A DNA stretch of 64,000 nt from Schizochytrium sp. TIO01. Its lineage: Eukaryota; Protista; Bigyra: Labyrinthulomycetes. Shown here in pieces: positions 1 to 13,756 of this stretch. Both the position numbers and the translations under genes were made by a program. The notes under the pieces were generated by a model. That model had not been told where the DNA came from. It searched no databases and saw only the letters and a program-made list of their open reading frames with translations. Positions within the stretch are counted from its first letter, which is position 1. Each line of letters begins with the position of its first letter. Where the stretch lies: the NCBI GenBank assembly GCA_004764695.1, contig SMSO01000032.1, positions 6,852,483-6,916,482 of the forward strand, read 5' to 3'.

Positions 1-126
1 GCCTCGAGAAAGCGTCGTGAAACCCAGAGAGCGGCGGTGGACATGGTGTCTTCCGCGACGCTGGTTCAGCTGAAGCGCCTGGCCACGAGTCTGGACAAGA
101 CAACCGCGAGCGTCAACTCCAGCTAG
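1..126 (+). CDS. Possible gene end cut by the window edge (unidentified)
   Basis: GC-rich; frame +1 is open from base 1 to TAG at 124-126 (ASRKRRETQRAAVDMVSSATLVQLKRLATSLDKTTASVNSS*). Alternatively a minus-strand start at 44 (acaccATG, MSTAALWVSRRFLE...) runs off the window. Cannot discriminate between them. Confidence 0.3.
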   Translation, partial: ASRKRRETQRAAVDMVSSATLVQLKRLATSLDKTTASVNSS

Positions 127-153
127 CTAGCTATCTGTAGCTGGGCTGCTTTA

Positions 154-322
154 CTTTGCTTTGCTTTGCTTTGCTTTGCTTTGCTTTGGGATTCCGACGC
201 TCTTTGTCCCTCTCCGTTTGCCAATCTTTCTGTGCGTCTGCAAACGAGCACGAACGGATAACCATGAGCAAACAAACAAGCAAATAAACAAACGAACGAA
301 CGAACGAACGAACGAGCGAACG
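154..322. repeat. (CTTTG)n and (AAAC)n/(GAAC)n microsatellites
   Basis: ctttgctttg... at ~154-188; aaacaaac/gaacgaac runs at ~270-322. Confidence 0.9.
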
Positions 323-642
323 AATAGAATTTCTGAAGAGAGTCTCGAGTCTCGATGTATTATGTCATAGATTGCTGATGGATGAACATGTGGCATTCAT
401 TCAGACATTCTTCCCGGGAGATCGTCGTTGAGGCAGAAGAAACGGGGCTCGGGCGTGCTGGAAGGCATGCGCAGGAGTCAAGCACGAAAGACCTGACAGG
501 CCAGTTATGTTGGGAATGATTAGATTACATCGCTTTCCTCTGACAAGAACCAGAATCCAAGATACCTGCCCTTCCTACTTCCTTGGTTATACTTTTTTTT
601 TAAACCACACACCATCTTTTCGAATAATACATGCTATTATGC

Positions 643-687
643 TCTTTTCTTTTCTTTTCTTTTCTTTTCTTTTCTTTTCTTTTCTTT
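643..687. repeat. (CTTTT)n microsatellite
   Basis: About 8 tandem cttttt-type pentamers. Confidence 0.9.
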
Positions 688-2969
688 CCACCCCTAGCTA
701 TGAGGTGAATGGGAACTTGAGTTTAATGCAAAACCAAAAAATTGAAAAGTTTACTATTAAAACAAATTGTAATTATATCTTTTTTCAATTAAAGAAAATG
801 CGGGGTTCGAAAGACCTAAGTTGAAAGAGAGATATATATATCTACTGTGGTAGTAGTTAGAGAACTTTCTTTTAGAAAATGTATTGAAAGACAAGCAGGC
901 CTCCCAATGACACTAATGGAAACACTAAGGCAAGCAAGCAAGCAGCAAACAAATAAACGAACTCCGTCTTGGCATGATGGGTGCTTTCCCCATCGATCAT
1001 CGCAGGCCATGTCTTATTCGTGCCAGAGCTCACGTTGCAGAATTTTATTTGTTGTGGCCTCAAAATCAGACAGGACAAGAAGAACCTAGCTAGCTAGATA
1101 TCTAGAGTGAGTGGGTGAGTGGGTATCAATGTAAGTAAATAAAAAGTGCAAGTATATATTTGACATCCTTTGTCGTGACAAATCGTGGCGCAACAGCTCT
1201 CGCTCTTCTGCTGCTCCCTCTTTCTAAAAATTGCCTTTAACAATTTAAAATATAAAATAGAAAATATTTAAAATATATATAATAATAATAAAACATGAGA
1301 ATTCATCATATTTACAAAAACCACGTTCTCATTTTTATCTTTTCTAACTTTGAACTCTATTCTTCATTCTTATTCAAAGCTCCTTCTGCAAAAGGTTCAA
1401 CTCGCCGCAAGAGCGTTTCTTACTTAGCTCCTCTGCTTTGATATTTCGAACGAGGGACGCTCGAGCCGAGGCAATTGGGCGCTCCGTGGGTACGTCTTGG
1501 AGCTAGCTTAAAACCTGACTGACGATGGCTTTCGATCGAAGGCTCGCATCATCTACCTTCAATCCGATGCGGAGCAATGGGAAGCCGGAGGCAGAAAGAT
1601 GCCGAAGAATTTAGGTAGGTAGGTACTTCTTTATTAGGTGCGCAGCCCCACCATTGCACTGAGAGGATCGCTGAGCGGCCTTCTGGTATGTATAAACTCC
1701 AAGAAATGCCTCGCTTCCTGCAACAGCGATGTACGCAAGATGTTCAGGATCGCCATGAATTTGATGGGCATTCCAACTTGGAATTCCAAGCTCAGTGGCA
1801 TCGAGCAGGACGATGCGCCTGCACTTCTTTCGACTGATGCTGGCAGAAGAAGAAGAAGAAGAACTTGCAGACGAAGAAGTACTCTTGGTTTTTGTTCGTG
1901 TGTCCGTGCTTTACACAGCCTCGCTCTTGATGGCTTGGAAGAACCGGCGGCTCAAAACTCTTCTGGAGAAAACCTATCGATCAGATCGGGAAAGGAATAA
2001 ACGAAAGGACTCCAGCCTTTCTTTGGTGATAGTTTTAGTAGAATGCGAAAGAACTTGTAAGCTATTGCTTCGATTGAGGGTTGGTCATCCAACAGTAGTC
2101 AGCTTCGGAGATAGCGAGGTCGGCCGTTTCTGCTGATCTCTCAGCTGCACGCAGCGACGCAGGTGCCGGCATTGCAGTAGAGACCGCCCCAAAGGCAAAC
2201 AAATATGTGCAGCACAAAGAATTCCATCCACCAACCACTCCGTCAGTCTGAAGATTTATGTCAATTTCATAAAGTTTATGAAAGCTCCAGTTCGCCAGTA
2301 GGAAGAAACGTGCACGTCTCATTCAGCAAACAAGCAGGAGAGCCACGCGCATGCTGTCCCAATGGAGCAGGAATGGATAATTGATTGATGGATAAGCTTG
2401 ATGATTGATTCACGGTGCAGTTGATGACGGATTGATTGAGCATATTGATCGATCAGGGAAGAATTATTCTGCATTAGTCAGAGATCCGAGTTAAGACCAT
2501 CTCGCCCACGAGGTAGGCATCTGCATCTAATGCCAACCTGCCTCTTGATAGAGCCGCAAGAAAGAATGTTTGAGCAGTGTGGTTTCGCCTCAGCCATGAG
2601 GTTTACTACGCGAGCGCTTCTTTCTGCCTGCTCTGGGTTGATTGAAATGGCGGCACACCGGCGGGAAGAATAGAACAGCAAAAGAAAGCGAGCCGCCCAA
2701 CTGCACTTTGCTAACAAGAAGAAGAGTGGCTTTCAGAAGTTTGACTGTCATTGATCGTGCCCAGGCTCGCAAATTTTAAGAACTCACGCCAAAACAAACA
2801 ATCAGCTTAGCTTACAAAAAAAATCCAACGAACAGACGAAGAAGAAAATAGTTGCAGATACTCAGAGAGGAGCACCCAGCGAGTCAGTCATTCAATTCAT
2901 TGTCCTTCCTATGGATAGCTAGCTAGCTCTTCAATTAATAAGCGCAACTGCAATCGTGAAGCTTCAGTT

Positions 2970-3008
2970 GTAGCTACCTAGCTAGCTAGCTACCTACCTA
3001 GCTAGCTG
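2970..3008. repeat. Mixed (TAGC)n/(TACC)n microsatellite
   Basis: gtagctacctagctagctagctacctacctagctagctgg. Confidence 0.85.
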
Positions 3009-5089
3009 GCTGTGCGCCTGCGTGTTTTCCAAAAACCAACATTGAGAGCTCATTTTCTTTGATTGAAGTCTCAGAAAGGAAGAACCCATGAGAAAACTAG
3101 TTTCACCTCGGGCAGAAGAAACTTTAGTCCCACCTGTTTGCTGCAGCGAAAGACTGCCGCTTCTAAAGGCCTCTCCTTGTCCCATCCACCCGAAATACTC
3201 TCGTGAAACACAAGGGCGCCGCAGAGTAATAAAAGACTTGCGACCTGCAATTGTCTGGAGTAAGCAACTCGCAAACACAACGGCAACGTACAGTCGTGGT
3301 TGGCGTTTGCAGCAGAAGAACCTGAGTGAGTGAGTAGACATACTTACCTAGCTAGACAGACACCAATTTATTAGAATAAGAGCGGCCGCATTTCTTTTAT
3401 AACTTGAATGAAACCCATGCCAGAATTCTATCGTGCCCGGCACCTTTCAAATCTTAAACTTGAGTCATCAAACTCCAGTCAACCATCTTTTCTTCAAAAT
3501 AGGCGCCCAAGATTTCAGTACGTACCATTTACTTTTATGAATCATTTCCCGTTCACGATACCAGTGATGGAAAGGTTGCGTTCGCGAGTGCACTGCTGCC
3601 TCGACTGAAAAACTTCAGGTCCTCGTGGTGGGTACCTAAAGGTCTCATGTTCTTCGAGTTCCTCGCATGGGCTGACTTACATACTGACTTACATACTGAC
3701 TTGCAGACTGGCCAGCAATGCACCCATCGTGCCCAGCGTCCTCTTCAAAGCTGTCTGTGCAAGGCCGAAGGAGGTGGGCGGGTTTTGAATTCGGGTCTTT
3801 CCTGGCATTCTTTAGGAGTTACGCTCTGCACACACACACTCACACAAAAACAGAAAGAAGTAAACTGATGAAGAGCACGCGCTCCGCGAGACTGACTGAA
3901 GAACTGACTCTGAGAAAGGGCACAGATAGGTAAAATTCGTGAAATAAGGAGAAGATTTGAAGAAGAAAAAAATGTACCCACGTGCCTAGTCGTGAATGCA
4001 AGCAACCGGCAGAATAAAGCAATCATGCGGCTTCGACTGATGGTATGAGTTTCGTGCACTAGGTTCAACGTTACCCATGGAGATTCTCCTCTACTGCTGG
4101 GCGGTATTCAGGCATGATAATAAATTATAAATACCAAGATGGGTGGTTCAAGTGTCTTTTAGACTTCTGTCTTGTTCAATTTAAAAATTAATTAACATAC
4201 ATCACTCCGCATAGGACACCCACAGTAACTATTCCGTCGAGAGGATCCCGACCCAAAAAATAGTGCTTTCCAGGTTGGCCATGGAAGTTTGTCTTTGAGC
4301 TGAATCGAAGGGGCAACTAGAGACTAAAAGACAATGTTTCTTTAGGTTTGTTTCTTCTTATTTACAATTAGAGCTCTCTTCAAGCAAGAACTCTTTTTTT
4401 TTTTTTTCTCTCTCTTCTAACTTATCTAAGTAATATGATCGTGGGAAGGGAATAGAAACATTTTTGATATATTTATATTTATAAAACATTATTAGTGCTA
4501 GTAAGATAGTTTTCAAAAGTTCCGAACATATTTGATTATTGAAAAGAAAATTAAAGGTACTGCACTAATTGCTGTGCGTACAAAAACGTTTTTATTAATT
4601 TTAATTTCTGTATATTTATGAAAAGGTCTATTGAACATCTATCTACCTTCATGATGTGCTCTTATAGACTAATCTTTTGAAGTTGAACTTGGAAATGAGA
4701 CAACCTTATCTCTTTTTATTAATTTTTAAATAGAAATTTAGTAACATGAGTTTTAGAAAGAAAAAAGAAAAACTTTATTATTCTACTTTAAGTAACTTCT
4801 AAAATAATATTTAAAGAATAGTTTTCTTTCTGTTTGTTTGTTTTATCGATTGAATAAGTTACATACGTAGTAGGATGTAGCGGCTAGTGTTGTATAGCGT
4901 AATTATCGCGTCTGTAATGCTTGCATGATTAGATGCCCGGCAACGCTCAAGGATGTGGAGAGTCTTACAGCCGATGGAGCTAACTCGATACGAAAACCTT
5001 CAATTAGTTGCACCCAAATTATGCTTGCATAGGTCAGTCGGCTGCTAACACGCCAAGAGTCCTCAGATGAGTTCGTTTGTATGTTACTT

Positions 5090-6850
5090 CACTAATGAGA
5101 CACCTCAAGATTCATATCTGCTATGTCAGACCTAAATGCTCCCAAACGGAGGTGTTTCGATTGAACGCGGGAATTAGAAGCATATGTGCAAAGTGCGTCG
5201 TGTCAGGAGCGTGGCAATTTTAGGTTAGACAGTGATGCGCTTTGAGAAGCTCATGAAACCTAAGATTGAGGGCATAAACCTTTCTGCAAAGATTTTCCAA
5301 AGCTGCAGTCAGTCTATCTAAAGCCATAGCCAAAGGGTTGTCTGGAGTGTTTCTGAATTTCAATAAACTAGATATGAAGGATATCGAAAGACCCTAATTG
5401 AGCGTAAAACTAACTTGAATGAAGGAGACGCACAATAAAGCGCTGACGCGACCAAGGCTGCGTCTTGCCAACAGCAAATATGACACCACCTCAAAGTGTT
5501 GGCCAACTCAAACCTAAATGTCTAACCCAATTAGACCTAGTGAAATTTGAGTATTCCTTATCCAGGTGGGGAAATCTTAAGAACGCATTTTGATTTGGTC
5601 TTGGAGCCTGGAATGGCAGTTGCTTAACGCAATGTGGACGACAAGAACTCATCATTGCAACTAATTTATTGCACATAATTCTACACTCTGCATGTATATG
5701 CTTTTTGACTTTGCCTATTGCACTCACAAGGAAAATCAATTGGCACGTAAAAAACGTATCCGATCATCAGCTGCCTAATTCACCTCCTCCTCTACTCTGT
5801 ATCAGAATTAAGTTTTAGAGTATGGACGCATCAAGCATAGATTATGGCCATTGATCAAGAAAATCAAGGATTTGATACCCACGCCAACTTTAAGTAACGG
5901 CAACTCTTGGAATACATTTATAAATCATGTTGAGAAACCCAGCCTCCGTCAAAACTCGAGCTAACCATTTCTCTGAAAACTCTTCGTAGAAAGGCTACTG
6001 TAACAACGTCAAATAAGCAAGTTACCTTGACAAGGAGATCTATATTGGCCTGACAGATTTTTATTCCTAATGATAACAATTCTCATTTGTCTTTCAATCT
6101 GTGCTGCATTTAATGATTCTAAAAGCCTGTAACAGAAAATTGAGGAGAGAATTGAGTGACGAACGATGAAAATCCCATTTGTAAGAACTACTGCTTTATC
6201 TCTTTCATTCACTCTTTCAACTGTTCTATAACTTTGTCAGGTTGTAGTTTCATTAGCAAGTTGCTCGATTTCGTCAACGCGACAAAGTGACCCTTGTAAA
6301 AGGACCAACACCGTATTTCAGTTAGATTATTAGCCTTACAAATTGAATTAGCTTGCGAAATCACGAAATCAAAAAACCCAGTTTTAAAACTTCATGCCGA
6401 GTTTGCTTTCTGCCATACCATCACTAAATAATGGAATTTCACTTTCTAACAAGGAATTAGTTACATAGTTTCTTTCTGGTGGAGGTGTCCGCGCGACTTC
6501 TTATGTATTGCCCGAGAAACGCAACTGATTAGCTTCGCTCTGTCCTTAGTAGTTCGGGAGTGTTGATTTTTTCTTCTGAATAATGTTACTCTTACTTTCC
6601 GTGATGAGCTCTTGACAAAATTATCCTCTATCACTTACCTCGAGCGCAGACACCCGCACGAGGTCGGAAGGTGGCTCACATCTCTTCACTACACGATAAT
6701 AATTCTCTTTCAATCGCCTACCTTTGAGAGTGGGCAGCGTTTCCCTGAAGAAAGAACCCGTCTTCAGTGAGTCCCACCACCAATGCTCTAGCTCATCCAT
6801 CGGCGAAATCACTCAAACACGCCGTTCGGGAACAGTTTCTTTTTAGGAAT
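5090..6850 (-). mobile_element. Highly decayed LTR-retrotransposon internal region (gag/zinc knuckle, protease, integrase); superfamily uncertain
   Basis: Minus-strand fragments in order: 'DELEHWW..LK' (gag-like, ~6780); 'RCWSFYKGH' (zinc-knuckle-like, ~6300); 'AVVLTNG...ILSSIFCYRL' (protease-like); 'GKVKKHI...MMSSCRPHCVKQLPF...HLD' (integrase Zn-binding-like, ~5560-5720); 'NTPDNPLAMALDRLTAALEN...*HDALCTYASNSRVQS' (integrase core-like, ~5150-5350). Many stops and frameshifts. Confidence 0.4.
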
Positions 6851-8046
6851 ATTACTCATCAAGAAAAAGCTTTCCCGAAAACACGTTTACGCAGACGCCC
6901 TTCAGTTAGCTTGTTCTCTCGTCACAAAGACACATAATCTTCACAACTTTAGTAACCCCTTTTCCGTGATAGATACTTACTTTCTATTCTTCTATCTTTC
7001 TTTCTGCATGTCTTTCAAGCCAACGCTTGGAGGATCACCTATATTCGCACTCATTATGAGTCCACTTGTATATACGAATGTCCGACTTTTAAAGAACGGA
7101 AAGCAGCGACAGATTCTGGGCTCCCTTTGATTGAGGTTCTCAGCGTTGGAAAGACGGACAAAATGGAACTACGCTGTGACTTGATGTGGATTGAGGAAAC
7201 CAAAATTACCTCCTGTCAAGCAGATAATTTAATTCTCCAGCATTAACCTCCTCGTGACGTCGCCGCGCCATTGCAGTTTAGACGGTGATGATACGAAGTA
7301 CTGAGTGCGTTTCTTTCAGGTGGATCCTCCCTCGAACCCATATTGCATGCAATCTCCGCGCTCTCGAAATCGGACACGGTTCAATTTTTATAGTTTTTCT
7401 TCGTTGTTCTTGTAAATAAAAAGTAAGCATTGCAATTAATTAGTGCCCCCTACCTGGAGGAAGTGTGGAGTTCAAGTTTAGAATAGTGAGCTGTTTACGC
7501 GTCATTCACTCTATTGCACCACTTTTTCAGGTTTCTTGGAGCCGAAAGGGCCTTGCTTAGAACCGTCACGAGGCAGACTTGTGGCCACCGTAACACAGAA
7601 GTGGAGATGCTGCTGCTTCAGCTGTAGATAACCGCACTTGAAATTAAGTCCCGCTCTCGTTTCACTCTTTTTGCACGCAGAAAGAGAAGAAACACTGCCC
7701 TCTGCGGGGAAAGCGAAACCCGAAGTTGTGGGCGCCTGAGAAGCAAGAAGTCTTCGCACAATCAATGCATTGAGGCTGATCTGATGCCGTTGCTTAGAGA
7801 GCATTCGCTATTTCTGAGGAACATATAAATGAACAAATGGTGAACCGTATGGAGAAATCCATCGGTTAATGGCAAAGGAAAACTGTTAAACAGACCTTGA
7901 TGGCCAATGCTTTGCGAACAACATATAAGCTGAATCAGACAGTTTTCAGGTCAGCCTTCTCTAGGACAGAGGAAAGGATCCAGATGCCAAATTATGTCTC
8001 TTGGATTCCAGCACTTTTCTGACTTTGGAGATGCGTTTTCACATCG

Positions 8047-8331
8047 ATGTCCAGCATCTATGTAATCGCAGTTTTGCCCTTACAGCATTACCCCGGCTGT
8101 TGTCAAGTAGTGCTCGATACTTTGATTCGCTTACCTTCGGCTTGACTTCTATTTCAAAGCATGTTCGGAGAAGATCTCGCGAACCTGAACCTAATGAGGT
8201 ACGGGTGTTTCAAATTCTTCTGGTCGACTCTCAAGAAATTGAACGCACGATGGAAATTATGAATTCTTTCGAGTTACCTCATTCTCTTCAGTATTTCATG
8301 AATCATCGTTTTCCTTGCAATCGTAAGTAAC
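8047..8331 (+). pseudogene. Fragment of a voltage-gated-type cation channel (Ion_trans family) pseudogene
   Basis: A single frame broken by 3 TGA stops carries, in order, an S4-S5-linker-like 'PG..QVVLDTLIRLPS', a pore-helix-like 'LLFQSMFGED' (cf. TLFQxMTGEDW) and an S6-like 'ILSSYLILFSIS*IIVFLAIVSN'. Confidence 0.5.
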
Positions 8332-11300
8332 AAAAAGGCAGGATGAGAGCGATGCTCAGAGCTGTAAAGATGTGCATGCCTACGCGTTTGTTGTGCTTCT
8401 CTTGGGCCAAATCATAAACTTACCATGCTGGTCACCGTTTGGACTATAATCCAGGCATCTTTGCGCATCGATTCCTTTATTGCGTCCAAAACTCCAGGAC
8501 TTCACCTTCCGAGGGCTCTGCGAAATGAAGGGCGGATCAGGGGGGTCCAATTCTGCCTGAACACCTGCACTGGCTACAGCCTCAACCTTTAACAGTCAAG
8601 GATCGGAGTTCTGTGGCGAGCTGGCGCCTATTGTACCTACCTAGGTAGTAAGAAAGTAAGTAAGTAGTACATGATATTCAGTTGCGCCTTATACATATCT
8701 TCTGCGATAACGTTTTTCCAAAAGAGCGTCGCACACTTTGAAACTACGCGCACACATAGAATTATAAGCTACCGAGTCCCTTGCGAGTTGGTACGTATAA
8801 TCAATCATCTGTTGCATACATGTACTTATGTCCGCTCCTTTCTACAGGCTTTCTGTTTTAATGATGAGTTGGCTATTGATGAATAGATATTAAAATACCT
8901 ACTCCTGTGTCATTGTTAGGTTAGAAGGCAGTACGCAGTACGAGCTAAGTCGCTGGCAAACATGGAGTTCGTTTAGTTTCACGCGAAGGCACACCTGCCT
9001 ATCAACAACATATCATCACTCTCACCCGTCAGAAGTGCTGAGTTGAAATCTTTCATGGGTAAAACACTCAAGCTAAAACAATCGCTGGCGCATCGTGATA
9101 TATTGTATGTCCTTAGGCGCCTACCTGCCCATGGACCGGGAGTAATGACGCAGGCCAAGACTTTTGCAACGTCTGGCGAAACCTCGGAATGACGTGGACT
9201 CGTCGATGCGTTTTCAAGCTCTCTTGCATGCATGCATGCATGGGAGAGCACCCCTCTGTGACAATCACGTCGAGGAGGAGGGAGCAAGAACTCACAGCGG
9301 AGAAGCCCACAGATGACGTGCCTGATGGCGAACCATGGCCGATGTAATCCATGCGGCGTGAAACAGGTGCTCTCGAAAAAGCCAGGTGAAGCAGGACTTA
9401 TGAAAGAGCAGGTAGGGAGTACACCGCAGCATCTTATGTTGTGTCAAACAGGCCTCCAAAGGGAGAACAGGTGAAACCAAAGTTGGAGGGCCTTTTGCAT
9501 AAATCATATGGCGCCACTGTAAGATTGAGGCAGTAGTAGATGATTTCCAGCTCCACTGGAACAGGGTCCAGCGATCTGATTAGCAAACTTCGATAATTTT
9601 TGCGCAAAGGCAGTTAGCTCAATGCTGTAACGGTGGTTTGCGAAGAATGTGAAACGCGTGCATGCACACCGGCGACGTCGTTGGTTCGTCATCCTTGCAG
9701 TCAGTCAGTCAGTCAGTCATCGCGTCGCTGGGAAATTACAATCGCGAGATTTCAGCCAGATACGACACTAGCTCCTGCACGTTTGAGCGTAAGTACTTTG
9801 CATTCACCCCTGCCTGAGTCAGATTAAGCTGGACGCTTTCCCCCAAGATTTCGTGCAATCTTTCAGAATAAGAAACGATGCCTGACCTTTCCGGAGTACA
9901 GTAAGGAAATGTATTGACCTTGTGAAAGAAGGGCAGAGTACTAGAGCAAAATGTTCCCATCTCGAACGCTCTAATGTCTCCTCGCAAGGAATGACTATTG
10001 AAAAGCCCGCCGTTTTCAAGCGAGAGAAGGCCTTCACGTCATAGTATTTGGAAGCACATATCCTATCCTAGTAGCAGCTCGCTCGCGGTCTTTCAATCAA
10101 AAGCTCACTCACTGTGAAGGGTGTCCAGGTACCATGATATCGAATATGGAAACAAATGATAAAGCTCAATGGATAGGTAGACCATTAAAGGAACGACGTC
10201 GCCAGCAATGGCAAAGAACGAAGACAATAGTAATTCCAATTTCAATTTTGAATTAATACAATGAGATTTATCTTCTCAAGCTGCTACACCCTACAGAAAA
10301 AGCGCCTGGAAACGAGGTTTTCTTCTTAGCTGACGATGATTGAATATCTAGGCATACCACAGTAAGTGCTCTTTCACCTCGGGCAGTTGTCATATAAGCC
10401 TTCTCACGTCTGTTGGCTCTGTGTGAGTATGTTAGACAGAATTAAACTATTTATTTAACTAACTGATATTTAATCGCCTGTCGATAAGTTTAAGTGGTGG
10501 TAAGCCATAGCATTGACAAGAGCCCTTATCTCATGTAATCTTCTTTATAAACTCCCTCGAAAACTAGTTTGATTCCGAGTGTAACTTTCGTGCCTTTTAG
10601 CAAGCCGTTGACTAAGGTCTCAAGGCTTCAGTGAAAATGGGAAACTACTTTTTAATATCTTCCGCACGTTGAAAGTTCAAGGACTTCATTACAGATAAAA
10701 CTGCCCCTGTGCGTCACGCACGCATAAAGAATCTATCTAAGATTCTCCAGCCATGAAAATCGCTTTGAATATGTTGCTGCTTGACACTCCGACGATGGCA
10801 ACACCTGGCAATGCACCATACAGGTCAAAAATTCGTTTCTATAAATTAAACAGATTTGACACAAGAATAGCGAGAATAAAGCTTATCCTTCCTTTTTTTT
10901 AAATTTGAAAAGGCCTGTTGCTTTAGAAATAATAGAATAACGAAAATGAACTAGAAAGTATAAACAGAGAGAATGGTACTCGTATTTAATTTTAAAACAT
11001 AAGTACAAAACAACACCATTAAATTTCTTGTTGTTATTGTTGATGATGATGATGATGGTACGTATTACACATTGAACAAAAAGGAGTCATATGAAATAAA
11101 GAACAACGACCTCTGGTTTTCAATTATATAATTAAGTGTTAATTATTGCATATACAAACCATCTTTACTGTTTTAATCATTGAAAGCAATAGTCTAAACC
11201 AAAGATTAGGGTGGAAGTATTTTATTTGATTCATGCGTTTCCTTTTAAATCCTTAAGCTCATCGTATTCGTGGTCAGAGATAGTTCTAAAATTACCCTAA

Positions 11301-12089
11301 ACCCACTTCGATGTAATATATTCCGCATCACTTTACAAATTCTTCTTTTAATGTACGATGTTCAGAAATAGATGCTTGAAAACTGGTTACTTCAAGGAAA
11401 ACAATCAGAGTTTGATTATTCAAGTAATCTGATCAGCTAAATGAAATTCAGGTTTAAGAATGTTGAAAAATTCATTAACTTTTCATCGAAATTCTAGCAA
11501 TCATGGGTCTCCTCTGAAAGAATATTTTTTTTCTTCTTATATACTCTCATTTATCTTTATGGTTGACTTATAAAATGTATACATCTTTATCCAAAAGTTC
11601 GGAACATTTCTTGTTGGTTAGTTGGTTGGTTTGCTGTGTAACTTGTCTTCTTTCACTCTAATATGATGAAACAAGCATCAAAAGGATACTCAATATTCAG
11701 ATCGCTAAGAATCCAAAATTAGCAAACCAGTCCTAGTTTGGAAGTAGAAGATTACATGCCCTTATGGTGTTTTTAACCCTTTTTATTTCAAGAAACAGCC
11801 AGCCATATACTTCATATACTTTTATTACAGCTGTGTTCCAATGATTAACGTTGATTGGCAAGATTAAGGCAAAATGTTTCAAGGCTCGCAGAAGACGTAA
11901 GAAGGTACTGAAGATTCTAATTTCCAGGGTACGTGATCTACTGATCCTTTCAAGAGTGAAATGATAAGTAATGTTGCACTCATGAAAACGACAAATGTTC
12001 TTTGTATTGAAAGTACGAGTTGTGCTTCTTCGGCCAATAGTTCAAACCTGGTTATTAGCGCTCTCTGTCTTCAGTGCATAATACCACGA

Positions 12090-12290
12090 TGTACCATTTA
12101 GACGCCAGTGCGTCTAATATCAATCCTGTAAATGGCTTAGTCATTAGTTTGCTAAGGAGTCAGGCAATGTCTTCTATAGATAAGCCTTCGATTAAGAACA
12201 TTCGAAATTGTCGCAATACAAGCTTCTGCGAGCCTTTTGCGAGCTCAATTTAGAGTCATTCCGCATAGATTTAAACTGCAGATATTCGAG
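12090..12290 (-). mobile_element. Decayed Ty1/Copia RNase H C-terminus
   Basis: 'VLRQFRMFLIEGLSIEDIA*...LMTKPFTGLILDAL' resembles the Copia consensus 'RYHFIRE.VE.G.I.I.YI.T..N.AD.MTKPL.G..F..L'. Confidence 0.4.
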
Positions 12291-12362
12291 TTTTGACAGC
12301 TAGAGACGAGGCTTTGCATATTTTTAGATTCAAGTATTGAAACTTGCTCATGAATAGACTCT

Positions 12363-12759
12363 TGCGAAGATCTCCAATCGAAGGAATTAGTGTGCTAGCG
12401 TTCTAGGTGTCCCTGTGTAAAGACCTCATAGGTATAAAGCATACAGTGGAACAGAACTAGACAATCAGACTTGCGTAGTTGCTGAAGCCCAGAATCAAAA
12501 TATAACTACACATTACCGAGATCTGCAACCTGAAATAATGGTTGAAGAGGTTCAATTAATCTAACCCCGTCATTTATCTCTAAAACTGTCAAGAATGTCT
12601 TAGACTCCGAATTTTACTGCATGAATCAGGATGCCCTGGATTTATTTTCAGAACAGCACTTCGCTGACTCTTAAAATCGGCCTTCTTAAAACCCTTCATC
12701 AAGACTCTTGCCTTCATCTTTACAGTTAACATCCAGCTGACCAGACTCATATCTCCACA
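12363..12759 (-). mobile_element. LTR family 1, copy A (solo LTR, degenerate termini)
   Basis: Reverse complement aligns along its length to 18231-18634, including a 113-bp identical tract. Termini have drifted (tgtgga... / ...ttcgca) and no TSD is visible. Confidence 0.85.
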
Positions 12760-12905
12760 AGCATGTTGCGGCAAAATTTGACAATTATTAAAATACCCTC
12801 TTGAACAAGGTAACATTTTGCATGATTAATTCATCAAGACCTGTAGTTATGAATCGGGTTACGAACTGATGAGAAGACAGCTTCGAAAGACCACTTGTGG
12901 GGAGA

Positions 12906-13300
12906 TGTATGGAGATACTTTATTTATGCAGATTGATAACCAAACGCAATAGTAAGTAATGGAACGGTAAGTGCAAGGCGCTGATAGCCCTTGGCAATCC
13001 TCTGCAAAACTTGAGGGCACTGAGACATGCTTAAGAGAAGGAACATGTATTTTCTTCTGGCTATCAAGGCTGGTTATGCACTTTATCGATTCGAACAAGA
13101 GCTGACGATCAAGAACTGACATGAAAGCCTAATACTGAGTATCCACCAGATAAGTCCTTTGCGTCTCTCAAAATTAATAAAATAATGCTCTTCTTCGAAA
13201 GACGTAGTCAAGATCAGCAAATTGCCTGCTTGTGAGTATAACTTTTACTATCATAAGCTTTCTTCAATCCTTAAATGCTTTTGGACTGGTATCTCCCACA
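12906..13300 (+). mobile_element. Candidate LTR of a second family, preceded by a polypurine tract
   Basis: Begins TGTATGGAGATAC directly after 'tgtggggaga' and ends GTATCTCCCACA (imperfect TG...CA inverted termini). A similar junction, 'ccatgtgggag|tgtggag..tttattt', occurs at ~15688-15716. Confidence 0.35.
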
Positions 13301-13330
13301 GGTCATTTAGGTGCCTGCCTCAGACATGAT

Positions 13331-13756
13331 TGCTGACATCTCCAATCGAAGGAACTGACAAGACATTGCTAGAGTTTTAATCATCCCTGACTAAGATCCC
13401 ATGAAGATAAGGTTTACAATAGAATAGAACCAGACAGCCAGACCTACTTGGTTTAGAAGTCGAGAGACAAAAGAGAGTATACACTTTCCTAATACCAACG
13501 GTAGAACCTGGATTGATGATTAGAGAGACAAGCTAACCTAACCCCGTCGATTGTGCCATACACAATTCAAGTATGTCTTAGTCTCCTAATTACAACATAA
13601 AGCAGTCTGCCTTGGAATTAGATTTCAAGGACAGCAGATCTTTAAATTATAATCCACAGAATCTTATGCCTTCTAAATTTCCCTTAGAGCATTTCTTCAG
13701 CCTCTTGCCTTGATTTTCATGGTCAACCTCTAGCTGTTCAGAGTCATCTCTCAGCA
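13331..13756 (-). mobile_element. LTR family 1, copy B (solo LTR)
   Basis: TGCTGA...TCAGCA termini; flanks ATGAT / ATGTT (4/5 TSD match); internal homology to the other copies. Confidence 0.85.

Noticed and set aside
3339-3356. ATACTTACCT, resembling the U1 snRNA 5' end
   Set aside because: It runs into tagctag micro-repeat; no U1 stem-loops or Sm site follow.
10560-10625. Possible Copia RNase H 'LA.PLTK' remnant
   Set aside because: It requires a frameshift and has no convincing neighbouring motifs.
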